Assembly: GCA_041082215.1 (NCBI GenBank)
Contig: JBDOIF010000138.1
Span: forward strand, 1 to 55,011
Source: Anaerolineae bacterium
GTDB lineage: Bacteria > Chloroflexota > Anaerolineae > B4-G1 > DUEL01
Reading direction: 5' to 3'
DNA length: 55,011 bases
Shown here: one piece after another, positions 27,886 to 37,196 of the stretch
Numbering within the stretch: position 1 is the first letter of the stretch
Layout: each line of letters starts with the position of its first letter
Notes under the pieces: model-generated
Seen by the model: only the letters and a program-made list of their open reading frames with translations
Database searches by the model: none
Told to the model about the DNA's origin: nothing
Made by a program: the position numbers and the translations under genes

Positions 27886-29088
27886 ATGAACAACCAGGGG
27901 AAGGCTTATAGCTTCACCATCTCCGTCCACGGCCGGACGCTCACCCTCGTCGGACAGCCCGGGGTCTGGTCGTGGGACCGGCTCAACCCCGGCACGGCCG
28001 CCCTGCTGGAGGTGGCCGAGTTCGCTGAGACAGACCACGTGCTGGACCTGGGATGCGGGACCGGGGTGATGGGGGCTGTAGCAGCAATGGAGGCCCGTCG
28101 CGGCAGGGCGGTGCTGGTGGATTGCAATGTGGCCGCAGTGGCCTGCGCCCGCCAGACGCTGGCCGCCAACAACATCACCAACGCCGAAGTCCGCCTGGCC
28201 GACGGCTGCGCTGGCCTCGAGCCGGCCTCCTTCGACCGGGTCCTCTGCCACCTCCCCAGGGAACGGGCCGTGCAGGAGGAACTGCTCGCCGGCGCAGCAG
28301 CCGTCCTGCGGCCCGGCGGCACCCTCTACTTTGTCGCCCACCGACAGGCAGGGGTCCGCTCCGCCATCGCCGCCGCCCAGAAGCTCTTCGGCCACTGCGG
28401 CGTGGTCCGCCAGAAGAAGGGCTACCACGTCGCCCTGGCGGTCCGCTCCACGGGCCGCAGCTATGCCATCCCCCAGCCTGTATACCAGACCCACACGGTC
28501 CGGCTGGACGGGCTGGAGACGCCTGTGGTGGGCAAGCCGGGGGTCTTCGCCTGGGACCGGCTGGATGAGGGGACGTGGGCGCTGGTGGAGGCGATGAAAA
28601 TCGGCCCCGCCGACCGGGTGGTGGACCTGGGGTGCGGGACGGGGCTGGTGGGGGTGGCGGCGGCGCGACGGGCCGTCGGGGGATGGGTGACGCTGGTGGA
28701 TGTGGACCTGCGGGCGGTGGAGGCGGCACGGCGCACACTGACGGCCAACGGAATTGCCAATGCTGAGGTCCGCCTCTCCGATTGCGGAGCGGACCTGCCA
28801 GGCTATTCCCACGATGTCGTCGTCACCAACCCGCCCTTCCATCAGGATATAGGGACGGAGCCGGGCCTTGCCCGCCACTTCATCACCGCCGCCGCCCGGC
28901 TCCTGCGGCCAGGAGGACGCCTTTACCTGGTCGCCAACCGCTTCCTCCCCTACGGGCCCTGGTTGAAGGAAGCCTTCGGCCCGGTGCGGGTGGTCTGGGA
29001 GAACCGCCGGTTCCGCGTGTGGGAAGCTCTGAAAGGCCGAGCAGTGGATCACGAATCCCACCAATCAGGCAAATGGCGCGAATCGTGA
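27886..29088 (+). CDS. RsmC/RlmG-like two-domain class I SAM methyltransferase
   Basis: Duplicated PGV(W/F).WDRL..GT..L and DLGCGTG motifs, C-terminal NPPFH and LYLVANRFLPY. Confidence 0.85.
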   Translation: MNNQGKAYSFTISVHGRTLTLVGQPGVWSWDRLNPGTAALLEVAEFAETDHVLDLGCGTGVMGAVAAMEARRGRAVLVDCNVAAVACARQTLAANNITNAEVRLADGCAGLEPASFDRVLCHLPRERAVQEELLAGAAAVLRPGGTLYFVAHRQAGVRSAIAAAQKLFGHCGVVRQKKGYHVALAVRSTGRSYAIPQPVYQTHTVRLDGLETPVVGKPGVFAWDRLDEGTWALVEAMKIGPADRVVDLGCGTGLVGVAAARRAVGGWVTLVDVDLRAVEAARRTLTANGIANAEVRLSDCGADLPGYSHDVVVTNPPFHQDIGTEPGLARHFITAAARLLRPGGRLYLVANRFLPYGPWLKEAFGPVRVVWENRRFRVWEALKGRAVDHESHQSGKWRES

Positions 29089-29157
29089 GAAAAAGGCTCA
29101 AATAAGTCGGAACCACCCGGAACCATTCGTGGGATTCGGCCTGTTCGTGTCATTCGT
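29048..29157. repeat. CGAAT/ATTCG-type palindromic repeat
   Basis: cacgaat...aatggcgcgaat...ccattcgtgggattcg...cattcgt. The same words occur inside the MITE. Confidence 0.7.
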
Positions 29158-29190
29158 AAGGATAGAACCGCGCAAATCCGATCTGGAGGA

Positions 29191-30597
29191 ATGATGAGCG
29201 AACAAGCGGAGAAACTGCCCTTCTGGACCAAGGTCGCCTACGCCGTCGGCGAGGTCGGCTATGCCTCCGGACCGGGGACGATCATCCCCTTCTGGTACAC
29301 CATCTTCCTCACCGACATCGCCCGGCTCGACCTGCGGCTGGTGAGCCTCTTCTGGCTCGTCGCTACTATCTGGGATGCGCTGAACGACCCCCTCTTCGGC
29401 TTCCTCTCCGACCGGACCCGGACCCGTTGGGGGCGGCGGCGGCCCTACCTGCTCTTCGGCGCGGTCCCCTTCGGCACCGCTTTCGCCCTCCTCTGGCTGA
29501 TCCCCCCCTTCAAAAGCCAGGCGCTCCTCTTCGCCTACTACACCCTCGCCTACATCCTGTTCGAGGCCGCCTTCACCGCCGTGAGCTGCCCCTACCTGGC
29601 CCTCACACCGGAGCTGACGCTGGACCACGACGAACGGACCTCGCTGGTGACCTACCGTATGGCCTTCAACATCGGCGCCTCGCTGGCCGTGCCGCTCCTG
29701 CTGGGCCTGGTCATCTTCCCGGCGTTCCCCGAGCGGGACCCCCGCGCCTTCCTGATCGTCGGGTTGCTCTTCGGCGCGCTCTCCGTTCCTCCATTTCTGG
29801 CGGTCTTCTTCGGCACAAAGGAGCGGCCGGAGTTCCAGGTGGAAAGCCCGCCGCCGTTGTGGGAATCCTTCCGCTTCGTACTGCGCAACTACGCCTTCCG
29901 CTACACCCTCTCCATCCGCATCCTGAGCTGGATGCCGGTGGTCGTCGCCCAGGGAGTGTTCGCCTATTTCCTCATCTACTGGACCGGGATGACGGAGGAT
30001 GAGACCTCGCTGGTCCAGGGGACGATCATGCTGGTGGCCTTCCTCTGCCTGCCGCTGGTGCTCTGGCTCTCCCGTCGCTTTGAAAAGAAGACGGCCTACA
30101 TCATCGCCGCCTCTACCTGGGCGGCAGTGATGCTTTCCATCCTGCTTGTTCCCCAGCAGACCAAATGGCCAGCCTACGTGATCGCCGCGCTGGCCGGCTT
30201 CGGAGTCTCCGCCGCTCACCTGATGCCCAGGGCGATGGATCCGGACGTCCTGGAGGTGGACGAGCTGATGAGCGGGCTGCGGCAGGAGGGGGCCTACACC
30301 GGCGTGGCGGTCTTCGTGGATAAGCTGGCCCGTGCGGCAGTGCTGGCGCTTATGCCGGCCGTGCTCCGCTGGACCGGCTACGTCCAGCCGACAGCCGCCA
30401 ACCCGACCCCCATCCAGCCGATCTCGGCGCTGACCGGCCTGCGGCTGCTCATCTCCGTCCTCCCGGCCGTATTGCTGATCGTCTCGATCCTGGTGGCCTG
30501 GCGCTATCCCATCACCCGGAGCCGGTTCGCCAGGATACGGCGGGAGCTGGCGCGGCGGCGACGAGCAAGGGAAAGCGCTGCCACCGCTGGTCAGTGA
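29191..30597 (+). CDS. GPH-family (MelB-like) MFS symporter
   Basis: WDALNDPLFGFLSDRTRTRWGRRRPY, ERTSL..YR, G.RQEG.Y and WRYPITR. Confidence 0.92.
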   Translation: MMSEQAEKLPFWTKVAYAVGEVGYASGPGTIIPFWYTIFLTDIARLDLRLVSLFWLVATIWDALNDPLFGFLSDRTRTRWGRRRPYLLFGAVPFGTAFALLWLIPPFKSQALLFAYYTLAYILFEAAFTAVSCPYLALTPELTLDHDERTSLVTYRMAFNIGASLAVPLLLGLVIFPAFPERDPRAFLIVGLLFGALSVPPFLAVFFGTKERPEFQVESPPPLWESFRFVLRNYAFRYTLSIRILSWMPVVVAQGVFAYFLIYWTGMTEDETSLVQGTIMLVAFLCLPLVLWLSRRFEKKTAYIIAASTWAAVMLSILLVPQQTKWPAYVIAALAGFGVSAAHLMPRAMDPDVLEVDELMSGLRQEGAYTGVAVFVDKLARAAVLALMPAVLRWTGYVQPTAANPTPIQPISALTGLRLLISVLPAVLLIVSILVAWRYPITRSRFARIRRELARRRRARESAATAGQ

Positions 30598-30633
30598 GGG
30601 AGCGGGAGGATAAAGGGACGCGGGGACACAGGA

Positions 30634-31839
30634 ATGGGGGGAATGGATTGGGAGGACAGGCGACAGCGCCGCAACGTCCCTGTGCTGGCCCTCACCGTTA
30701 CTGCGATGCTGGGGGCCCGGCTGACGTGGGAGCGGCTGCTGCCCACCCATTATGCCGACCTGGGGGCCAGCGACACCCAGATCGGCACCGCTTTCTCCCT
30801 TTTCGCCGCTGCCTTTGCCCTCTTCCAGCTTCTCGGCGGGCTGCTGGCCGACCGGGTGGGGCGGAAGCCGGTGGCGGTGCTGCCGGTCTTCGGGGTGGTG
30901 GTAGCCGTGGCGGGGATGGCCGGGGCGGGGAGCTGGCAGCAGTTGCTGGTCGGCCACCTGGCCCTGGCCGCCTTTGCCTCCCTGCAATCCCCCGGCTTCA
31001 ACGCCCTGCTGGCCGAATCGGTCCCACCGGAGGAGCGGGGACGGGCCTTCGGCACAGTCTCCTTCGGCTCCCAGATCGCCAGCGCCGCCGGTCCCGCCCT
31101 GGGGGCCTGGCTCCTTACCTTCACCAGGCTGCCCGCCCTCCTCTGGAGCACTGTAACGGTGGGCATCCTCGTCAGCCTGGTCCGGCTCATTTTGCTGCGC
31201 GAAACCCTGCGGCCAGTCCCTTCCCCCACCCTATCCCCCGTGGCCGGGCAGGCAGCAGGCCGACGGACAGCAGCCCGGTTCCTGCTCATCGGCACACTTT
31301 ACGCCCTCTTCCTCAACCTCCTCCACGGCGGCCCCTTCATCGCCCTCCACGCCCGACAGGTCCTGGGACTGGATAACGTCCGCCTCAACCTCCTGTTCGC
31401 CCTCGGGAGCGGCTCGGCGATCCTGTCCGCGCCGCTCGCCGGATGGCTGGGGGACCGGATGGGGCATCGTCGGATGCTGGCAGCGGCGGGGCTGATCATG
31501 GGAGGCGGCCTCCTGGCCTGGGCGCTTCTGCCCACCGGGTGGTTCTCCACCGCCTGCTTCGTGCTGTCCACCGGCGCCGGACCCGCTGCCTCGATCGCCT
31601 ACAGCGCCCTGCTGATGGGCGCAGTCGAAGACCGGCGGCGAGGGGCGTTTGTGGGACTGATGGGCACCCTCGCCGGACTCCTGGGCTCGCCGGCAGGACG
31701 GATAGGGGCCGAGCTGCGGGTATGGGGAGGCAGTCCGGCCCCCTTCTGCGCAGCCCTGGCGCTGGCCGGACTGCTGGCCGCTGCGCTGTGGGCAGACGCC
31801 GCCGCTCAGGGCCAGGAACGCAGCACGACGGGAAGGTAG
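30634..31839 (+). CDS. MFS transporter
   Basis: Motif A GGLLADRVGRK and GWLGDRMGHRR, ERGRAFG and about 12 TM helices. Confidence 0.88.
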   Translation: MGGMDWEDRRQRRNVPVLALTVTAMLGARLTWERLLPTHYADLGASDTQIGTAFSLFAAAFALFQLLGGLLADRVGRKPVAVLPVFGVVVAVAGMAGAGSWQQLLVGHLALAAFASLQSPGFNALLAESVPPEERGRAFGTVSFGSQIASAAGPALGAWLLTFTRLPALLWSTVTVGILVSLVRLILLRETLRPVPSPTLSPVAGQAAGRRTAARFLLIGTLYALFLNLLHGGPFIALHARQVLGLDNVRLNLLFALGSGSAILSAPLAGWLGDRMGHRRMLAAAGLIMGGGLLAWALLPTGWFSTACFVLSTGAGPAASIAYSALLMGAVEDRRRGAFVGLMGTLAGLLGSPAGRIGAELRVWGGSPAPFCAALALAGLLAAALWADAAAQGQERSTTGR

Positions 31840-33089
31840 AGTTTGTGCGTCAGGGACTCGATTCCCACGGGCACGGCGGAGACCTCGCTGGAGAGCTGGT
31901 GGGGGTTCCCGGCGCTGTCCCGACTGCAGAGCACGTAGGAGTAGACCTGCCCGGCCGTCAGCCCCCTGTCCAGGTAGCTGGAGACCCGCCCGACCTTGAC
32001 CTGGGGGGCCGGCGGATACGCACCTCCGGCGGAGCGGCGGTAGATATTGTAACCGGCGATGATGGGATGGCCGTACAGCTCCCAGGTCAGCTCAACGGCC
32101 CCCACCAGGGCCGTGGCGGCAACCCTCCGCGGCGCCGTGTCCACCCGCCGCTCCTCGATCACCCCGCCGGAAAGGTCCGCCGACGCCTCTGCACCGTAGA
32201 GATAGGTGTAGAAGTCCGTATCCAGATGGAGGTAGTAGTTAAACCAGGCCGTCATGTACTTCTGGATCAGGTCGGTGATCTCAGCATCCTGCGCCCCACC
32301 GCCGCAGAAGAAATAACAGAGGGAAAGGGAGTCTCCCGGATCCATAAAGTGGCAGTGGCTGGCGCCCGCCACAAGGAAGGAGGCTTTATGCGTCGCGCCG
32401 ACGTGGGGGTAGATCTCCGCGTAGTCCGCATTCGAGTTGCACTCCTGGGCCGGAGCTCCCAGGATAGCGGCAGGCACCTCGATCTGTGGACCCTCGGCCT
32501 CCGGGTCCCAGATCACCGGCCCCTCTCCTGAGCCGAACCCTCCCTGGTGATACACCGGGTCCAGCGCCACCACAGCCTTCACCCGATCGTCGTGGGCCGC
32601 CAGTTGCAGGACCGTCTGCCCGCCGAAGGAGTGGCCAGCGGCGCCGATCCGGTTCGTATCCACTTTCTGATACAGATAGGAACCCGGCGTGCCGTTCTCC
32701 GTCTCCAGGTAGGAGAGCAGGGCCTGCATAGCCGTCAACCGGTCCTCCACATCGTCCGGCAGCCTTGGGATCGCCACCACATACCCCCAGCTTGCCAGAT
32801 GCCTCCCATTCCCCGCGTTGTCCGTCGCTCCGTTGGTCAGCCCGAACATAGTGAAGCCGTGGGCGAAGAGGATAGCCGGGTAGGGGGCGGCCAGCCCCTC
32901 TCCACAGCTACTGCCAGAGGGATAGTAAACATAAGTCGGCAGGTCACCCACCGTCACCTGCTGGCTGGTCACCGCACAGGGACCGGGCTGACCGGGGTCG
33001 CCCGCCTGGGGAACAACGCCAGCCCCTCCACCCCAGACCAGCAGAGCCACCACAAGCAACTGAACTACCCTGCGTTTCCCGATATTCAC
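31806..33089 (-). CDS. Secreted chlorophyllase/cutinase-like alpha/beta hydrolase with FN3-like domain and LYLP C-terminal motif
   Basis: Signal peptide, FAHGF, LASWGYVV, GHSFGG, LDPV and ASHCHFMD. FN3-like domain GYNIYR...YLD.GL..GQ.YSY. C-terminus HKLYLPVVLR. Confidence 0.85.
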   Translation of the reverse strand: MNIGKRRVVQLLVVALLVWGGGAGVVPQAGDPGQPGPCAVTSQQVTVGDLPTYVYYPSGSSCGEGLAAPYPAILFAHGFTMFGLTNGATDNAGNGRHLASWGYVVAIPRLPDDVEDRLTAMQALLSYLETENGTPGSYLYQKVDTNRIGAAGHSFGGQTVLQLAAHDDRVKAVVALDPVYHQGGFGSGEGPVIWDPEAEGPQIEVPAAILGAPAQECNSNADYAEIYPHVGATHKASFLVAGASHCHFMDPGDSLSLCYFFCGGGAQDAEITDLIQKYMTAWFNYYLHLDTDFYTYLYGAEASADLSGGVIEERRVDTAPRRVAATALVGAVELTWELYGHPIIAGYNIYRRSAGGAYPPAPQVKVGRVSSYLDRGLTAGQVYSYVLCSRDSAGNPHQLSSEVSAVPVGIESLTHKLYLPVVLRSWP

Positions 33090-33122
33090 CTGTCCTCCAT
33101 TCGCCTCCATCCACAAGCGGGT

Positions 33123-33860
33123 CTATTCCCGGGTGGCGGCCTGCTCCGAAGACTCCTTGAGCACCCCCAGCCGGCTCGCCATCTTCAGCAGCCCACGCCC
33201 CATATCGGAGGACTGCATCGCGGCCGAGAGGGTGACCTTCCCTTCCCGCTTGAAGCGGACGTACTGCCGGATCTCGGGGGACATAGCCAGCGCAAACATG
33301 ATGTTGACGGCAAGGGCATACGCCAGATGGGCCAGATCGTGGGTGCGGAACCAGAGCCAGGGGATCATCAGCCAGAGCCCGGCCATGTACGCCACCAGCA
33401 CGTCCCGGAAGAGGAGCAACCCGAGGAACATGCCGACCAGAGAGGTCACGGGGATGGCGATCCAGTCAATGACGAACATGCCTCCGAAGACCGCCGAAAA
33501 GCCCCGCCCACCCTTGAAGCGGTAGTAGGCTGGCCAGTTATGTCCCAGCACCCCTGCGGCGGCAGCGATGAGGAAATAGGGCGCCTCCGGGCGCCAGAGC
33601 CGGAAGGCCAGGGTGGGCACGGCAACCTTGACCATATCCATCACACTGGTCAGACAGCCGTACCGGGCCCCGACCCGCATGGAGATGCTCGTGGCGCTGA
33701 CGGCGGTCATCTCCAGCTTCTCGCCCGTGCCGGGGACAGCGAACTCCGTCCGGGTGATATCCTCCTGCGGCGCGACGATCCGGCCGACCAGCCGGGCAAA
33801 GGAGATCGAGCCACAGAGATACCCGATAACGGCCGCCAGGAGCGCAAGTGTCCAATCCAT
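33123..33860 (-). CDS. PlsY-like membrane acyltransferase, paralog 2
   Basis: GYLCGSISFA, DMVK and GHNWPAYYRFKGGRG. Confidence 0.8.
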   Translation of the reverse strand: MDWTLALLAAVIGYLCGSISFARLVGRIVAPQEDITRTEFAVPGTGEKLEMTAVSATSISMRVGARYGCLTSVMDMVKVAVPTLAFRLWRPEAPYFLIAAAAGVLGHNWPAYYRFKGGRGFSAVFGGMFVIDWIAIPVTSLVGMFLGLLLFRDVLVAYMAGLWLMIPWLWFRTHDLAHLAYALAVNIMFALAMSPEIRQYVRFKREGKVTLSAAMQSSDMGRGLLKMASRLGVLKESSEQAATRE

Positions 33861-33881
33861 GCTCCCCTCCTGATCCGAGAC

Positions 33882-34619
33882 CTACGACGGGCGCGCGCCT
33901 CCGGCCCTGTCCTCGAACAGGCCGAGCCGCTTCCCCATTTTGTAGATACCCCGCCCCATGCCGGTGAGCTGCATCACCTCGGAGAGGTCTCCCCCTTTCC
34001 CTTCCCGTCGGAACCGGATGTACTGCCGGATCTCGGGGAGGATCCCCAGGACGAAGAGGATGTTGACGATGACACCGTAGGCCAGGTGGGCCGGATCGTG
34101 GGTGCGGAACCAGAGCCATGGGATAAGAAGCCACAGCCCGGCCATATAGGCGACGAGGAAATCCCGCAGGATGAAGAGGCCGAGGAGCATTCCCCCCAGA
34201 GAGGTGGCGAAGACCCCAATCCAGTCTATGGCGAACATCCCGCCGTAGACCGCCGAAAGGCCCCGCCCACCCTGAAAACGATGGTATACCGGCCAGATGT
34301 GGCCGATCATACCGGCGGTCGCCGCGATGAGGAAATAGGGGGCTTCGGGAAACAGCCGTTTGAAGGCCAGGGTGGGGAGGGCGATCTTGAGCATATCCAT
34401 CACCACTGTGAGGAAGCCATACCGGGCGCCGACGCGCATGGAGACGGTGGTGGCGCTCACCGCCCGCATCTCAAGCTTCTCCCCTGTCTCCGGCACGCCG
34501 ATCTCCGTCCTGGTCAGGTCCTCCTGCGGCGCGACGATCCGGCCGACCAGCCGGGCGAAGGAGATCGAGCCCAGGAGATAGCCAGCAAGGACAGCCAGCA
34601 ACGCGGTCAACAGGTTCAT
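33882..34619 (-). CDS. PlsY-like membrane acyltransferase, paralog 1
   Basis: GYLLGSISFA, DMLK and GHIWPVYHRFQGGRG. ATG overlaps the upstream stop. Same 738-bp length as paralog 2. Confidence 0.8.
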   Translation of the reverse strand: MNLLTALLAVLAGYLLGSISFARLVGRIVAPQEDLTRTEIGVPETGEKLEMRAVSATTVSMRVGARYGFLTVVMDMLKIALPTLAFKRLFPEAPYFLIAATAGMIGHIWPVYHRFQGGRGLSAVYGGMFAIDWIGVFATSLGGMLLGLFILRDFLVAYMAGLWLLIPWLWFRTHDPAHLAYGVIVNILFVLGILPEIRQYIRFRREGKGGDLSEVMQLTGMGRGIYKMGKRLGLFEDRAGGARPS

Positions 34620-37147
34620 AGAGCCGCCTCCTTCCGATCCGCCACCCATTGCAGATACACCCGCCCGTGGTCTCCGTCCACAACGACGGACTGGCCGTCC
34701 CGGATGAGCTGCGTCGCCTGCTTGACGTTGACCACGGCGGGCAGGCCGTACTCGCGGGCCACGATAGCGCTGTGGGAAAGCTGCCCGCCGGTCTCCGCGA
34801 TCAGCCCACCGATCCCCGAAAACAGCGGCGTCCACCCGACATCGGTGAAGGGGACGACCAGGATATCCTCCTGGGTCAGGGTGACCGGCGCCTCGGAGGG
34901 GTCAAGCACGATGCGGGCGTAGCCCTGAGCCCAGCCGGAACTCCCGCCGATGCCCACCAGGCACTCCTGCCCGGCCGCCAGCATGACGGGGCAGGTGGGC
35001 ACCACATCGCCGCAGATCGTCTCCGGCAGCTCGATGTGGGCGTCGGCCTCCATCCTCTCCCGCTCCCGCGCCACCAGCCCCCGAGCTGTCGCTCCATCCA
35101 GTTCCCCCTCCACCAATTGCCGCAGCTCATCATAAGTCAGATAAAAGATGTCATCCCGCTGCTCCAGGTCGCCCCGCGCCACCAGCCGGTCGGCCAGGGC
35201 CAGAAGGACACGGCGCATCTGGTAGGTGTCCTGGGACATCAGGAGGCTGACCCGCTCCCGCAGGTCAATGTATTTGATCGTGGAAGCCAGCAGACGGTCG
35301 AAGAACCAGCGCTGCACCCGGTTGAGGCTGGCCCGCACCCGCTGCCGCGCAGCCTCCCGTATCGCCCCGACGTCCTCCAGCGAAGGCCGGGCAGGGCTGG
35401 CCGCGCTCCGGCCAATGGCATGCCAGATCAGAGCGGGGTTCTCGATCCACGGGATGCGGGAGAAATCGGTGCCGTTGGTGCTGAGAAAGCCATACTGCTC
35501 CAGGAAGGCGTCCACCCTCCGGATCAGCGCCCGCCCCTCTTCGGAACCGGCGAGGGCGGCACGGATGGCCTGGTCGTTCTCCTCAACCAATATGCGCTGG
35601 AGCCCTTTATCCAGTCTGCGGGCCTGGTCCGCCAGCGCCTGCAGTTCGTCGTTCGGCTCCAGCGCCTTCAGACCCACCAGCCCCCGGATCAGGTCGCCCG
35701 GCACCACGTCCGGCGCCCACCGCTGCACAAGCCAGCCCAACAGGCGGTTGCGGATCTGCATGTTGAGCGGGCCGATGAACGTGACCCACTGGGTCTTGCC
35801 GTGGAGGCGGGCCAGCTCGTCGAACTTTGTCAACAGTTCCCGGGGGCTTCCGGACGACCAGTCGGCCTGGCGGTAGGCCTCCAGCTCCTGATCATGCCGC
35901 TCAACAAAGTCCAGGGTCTCGTCGGCGACCCGCGAATAGCGCCAGGCGAATCGAAGCAGGCGAAACATCGCCCGCATCATCCGGGGAGAGAAGGAAGGAT
36001 GGGCATGACGCCTGGCCCGCTCGTCCCGGGACATCATCTCAAAGAAGTTTCCTGGCATCCCCACCCGTTCGAACAGCTCCCCCAGCATTGTGTTATCAGC
36101 GTAGATACGGGAATGGATACGCCGGACCAGCAACCTGAAGTCAATATCGTTGGGTCCGATCAGCTCGGTGAACATCCGCCTGAACACGTTTTCTGTCATC
36201 GCCTGGACGTTCGTGGACCAGAGAAGGGGCTTGATGAGGCCGGGGACCATCTCTGAGACCATTTTGCTGGAGTAGACCCTCCGCCCGATCAGGGAGGTGA
36301 CGGGACGGCTCTGGAGAAGGTAGAAATCCACCCCATCCCATACCCACTCCACGTCCTGGGGGGCGCCCATCCGCGAGGCGACTCTGTGCACCAGATCGGC
36401 CAGGGCCAGGACCTGAGGCTCCTGCATGATCGGGGCCCCCGGAGCGGCCGGGACGGCTTCGGCCAGGACCCCCCGCGCGTCCACCACGTACCGATCCGGC
36501 GTGACCCGCCCCTGAACCAGCTCCTCCCCCAGCCCCGGCACTGCCTCGATCACGACGCAGGGTTGCCCGGTCACAGGGTCGGCGCTGAAGGCCACCCCTG
36601 CCGCCTGAGCGTCCACCATCCGCTGCACCACCACCGCGATCGAGAAGCTCTCCAGCAGAGTGCCCAGCGAGCTGGCCTCCCGGTTGGAAAGATAGCTCAG
36701 GAGGCGCCAGTTGAAGAGCGATGCCCAGCACCTTTTCACCGCTTCCAGGAGCTGCTCCTCCCCTTCCACGTTCAAAAACGTGTCCAGTTGCCCGGCAAAG
36801 GAGGTGGCTTCCGTATCTTCACCCACCATAGAAGAGCGGACGGCCACCCGTCCGCTCAGCTTCCGATAGGCTTCCGCAATGATGCGCACCAGTTTATCCG
36901 GGATGGGACAGGCCTCCAGCAGCTCGCGGATCCGCTCCAGGTCGGCCCGGTTCCAGTCCCTGCGCTGGCCCAGGACCTCGATGCCAAGCCCGGCCAGGAA
37001 ATCCTGAAACGCCGTTGAGGTGATGACGAATCCGGGAGGGACCCTGCATCCGAACCGGCACAGACGGGCAAGGGAGGCCCCCTTCCCCCCCACCCATCCC
37101 TCCTCGAGAGCCTGCTTGCTGTTCAAAGAGACAATATACCGCCCCAT
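34616..37147 (-). CDS. PEP-synthase/rifampicin-phosphotransferase-like small-molecule dikinase
   Basis: ATP-grasp motifs GGKGASL, VPPGF, AVRSS..GED...SFAG, QDVEW and LQSRPVT. Central helical domain. C-terminal swivel TD.GWTPLF...GG.LSHSAIVAREYGLP. Confidence 0.9.
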   Translation of the reverse strand: MGRYIVSLNSKQALEEGWVGGKGASLARLCRFGCRVPPGFVITSTAFQDFLAGLGIEVLGQRRDWNRADLERIRELLEACPIPDKLVRIIAEAYRKLSGRVAVRSSMVGEDTEATSFAGQLDTFLNVEGEEQLLEAVKRCWASLFNWRLLSYLSNREASSLGTLLESFSIAVVVQRMVDAQAAGVAFSADPVTGQPCVVIEAVPGLGEELVQGRVTPDRYVVDARGVLAEAVPAAPGAPIMQEPQVLALADLVHRVASRMGAPQDVEWVWDGVDFYLLQSRPVTSLIGRRVYSSKMVSEMVPGLIKPLLWSTNVQAMTENVFRRMFTELIGPNDIDFRLLVRRIHSRIYADNTMLGELFERVGMPGNFFEMMSRDERARRHAHPSFSPRMMRAMFRLLRFAWRYSRVADETLDFVERHDQELEAYRQADWSSGSPRELLTKFDELARLHGKTQWVTFIGPLNMQIRNRLLGWLVQRWAPDVVPGDLIRGLVGLKALEPNDELQALADQARRLDKGLQRILVEENDQAIRAALAGSEEGRALIRRVDAFLEQYGFLSTNGTDFSRIPWIENPALIWHAIGRSAASPARPSLEDVGAIREAARQRVRASLNRVQRWFFDRLLASTIKYIDLRERVSLLMSQDTYQMRRVLLALADRLVARGDLEQRDDIFYLTYDELRQLVEGELDGATARGLVARERERMEADAHIELPETICGDVVPTCPVMLAAGQECLVGIGGSSGWAQGYARIVLDPSEAPVTLTQEDILVVPFTDVGWTPLFSGIGGLIAETGGQLSHSAIVAREYGLPAVVNVKQATQLIRDGQSVVVDGDHGRVYLQWVADRKEAAL

Positions 37148-37196
37148 GAGAACCCTCCTTCCACAAAAACCGCCCTGCTCAATAATTGATGAAGCT

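Noticed and set aside
24228..27893. 1221-aa antisense ORF, and similar long ORFs at 4654-6756, 9129-11234, 17511-19541, 32547-34922, 37020-39308 and 49614-51875
   Set aside because: Shadow frames opposite well-supported genes in high-GC DNA, with no recognisable motifs.
34616..37147. Rifampicin resistance gene or ppsA
   Set aside because: It lacks the C-terminal pyruvate-binding barrel of PpsA. RPH-like architecture alone does not establish rifamycin specificity.
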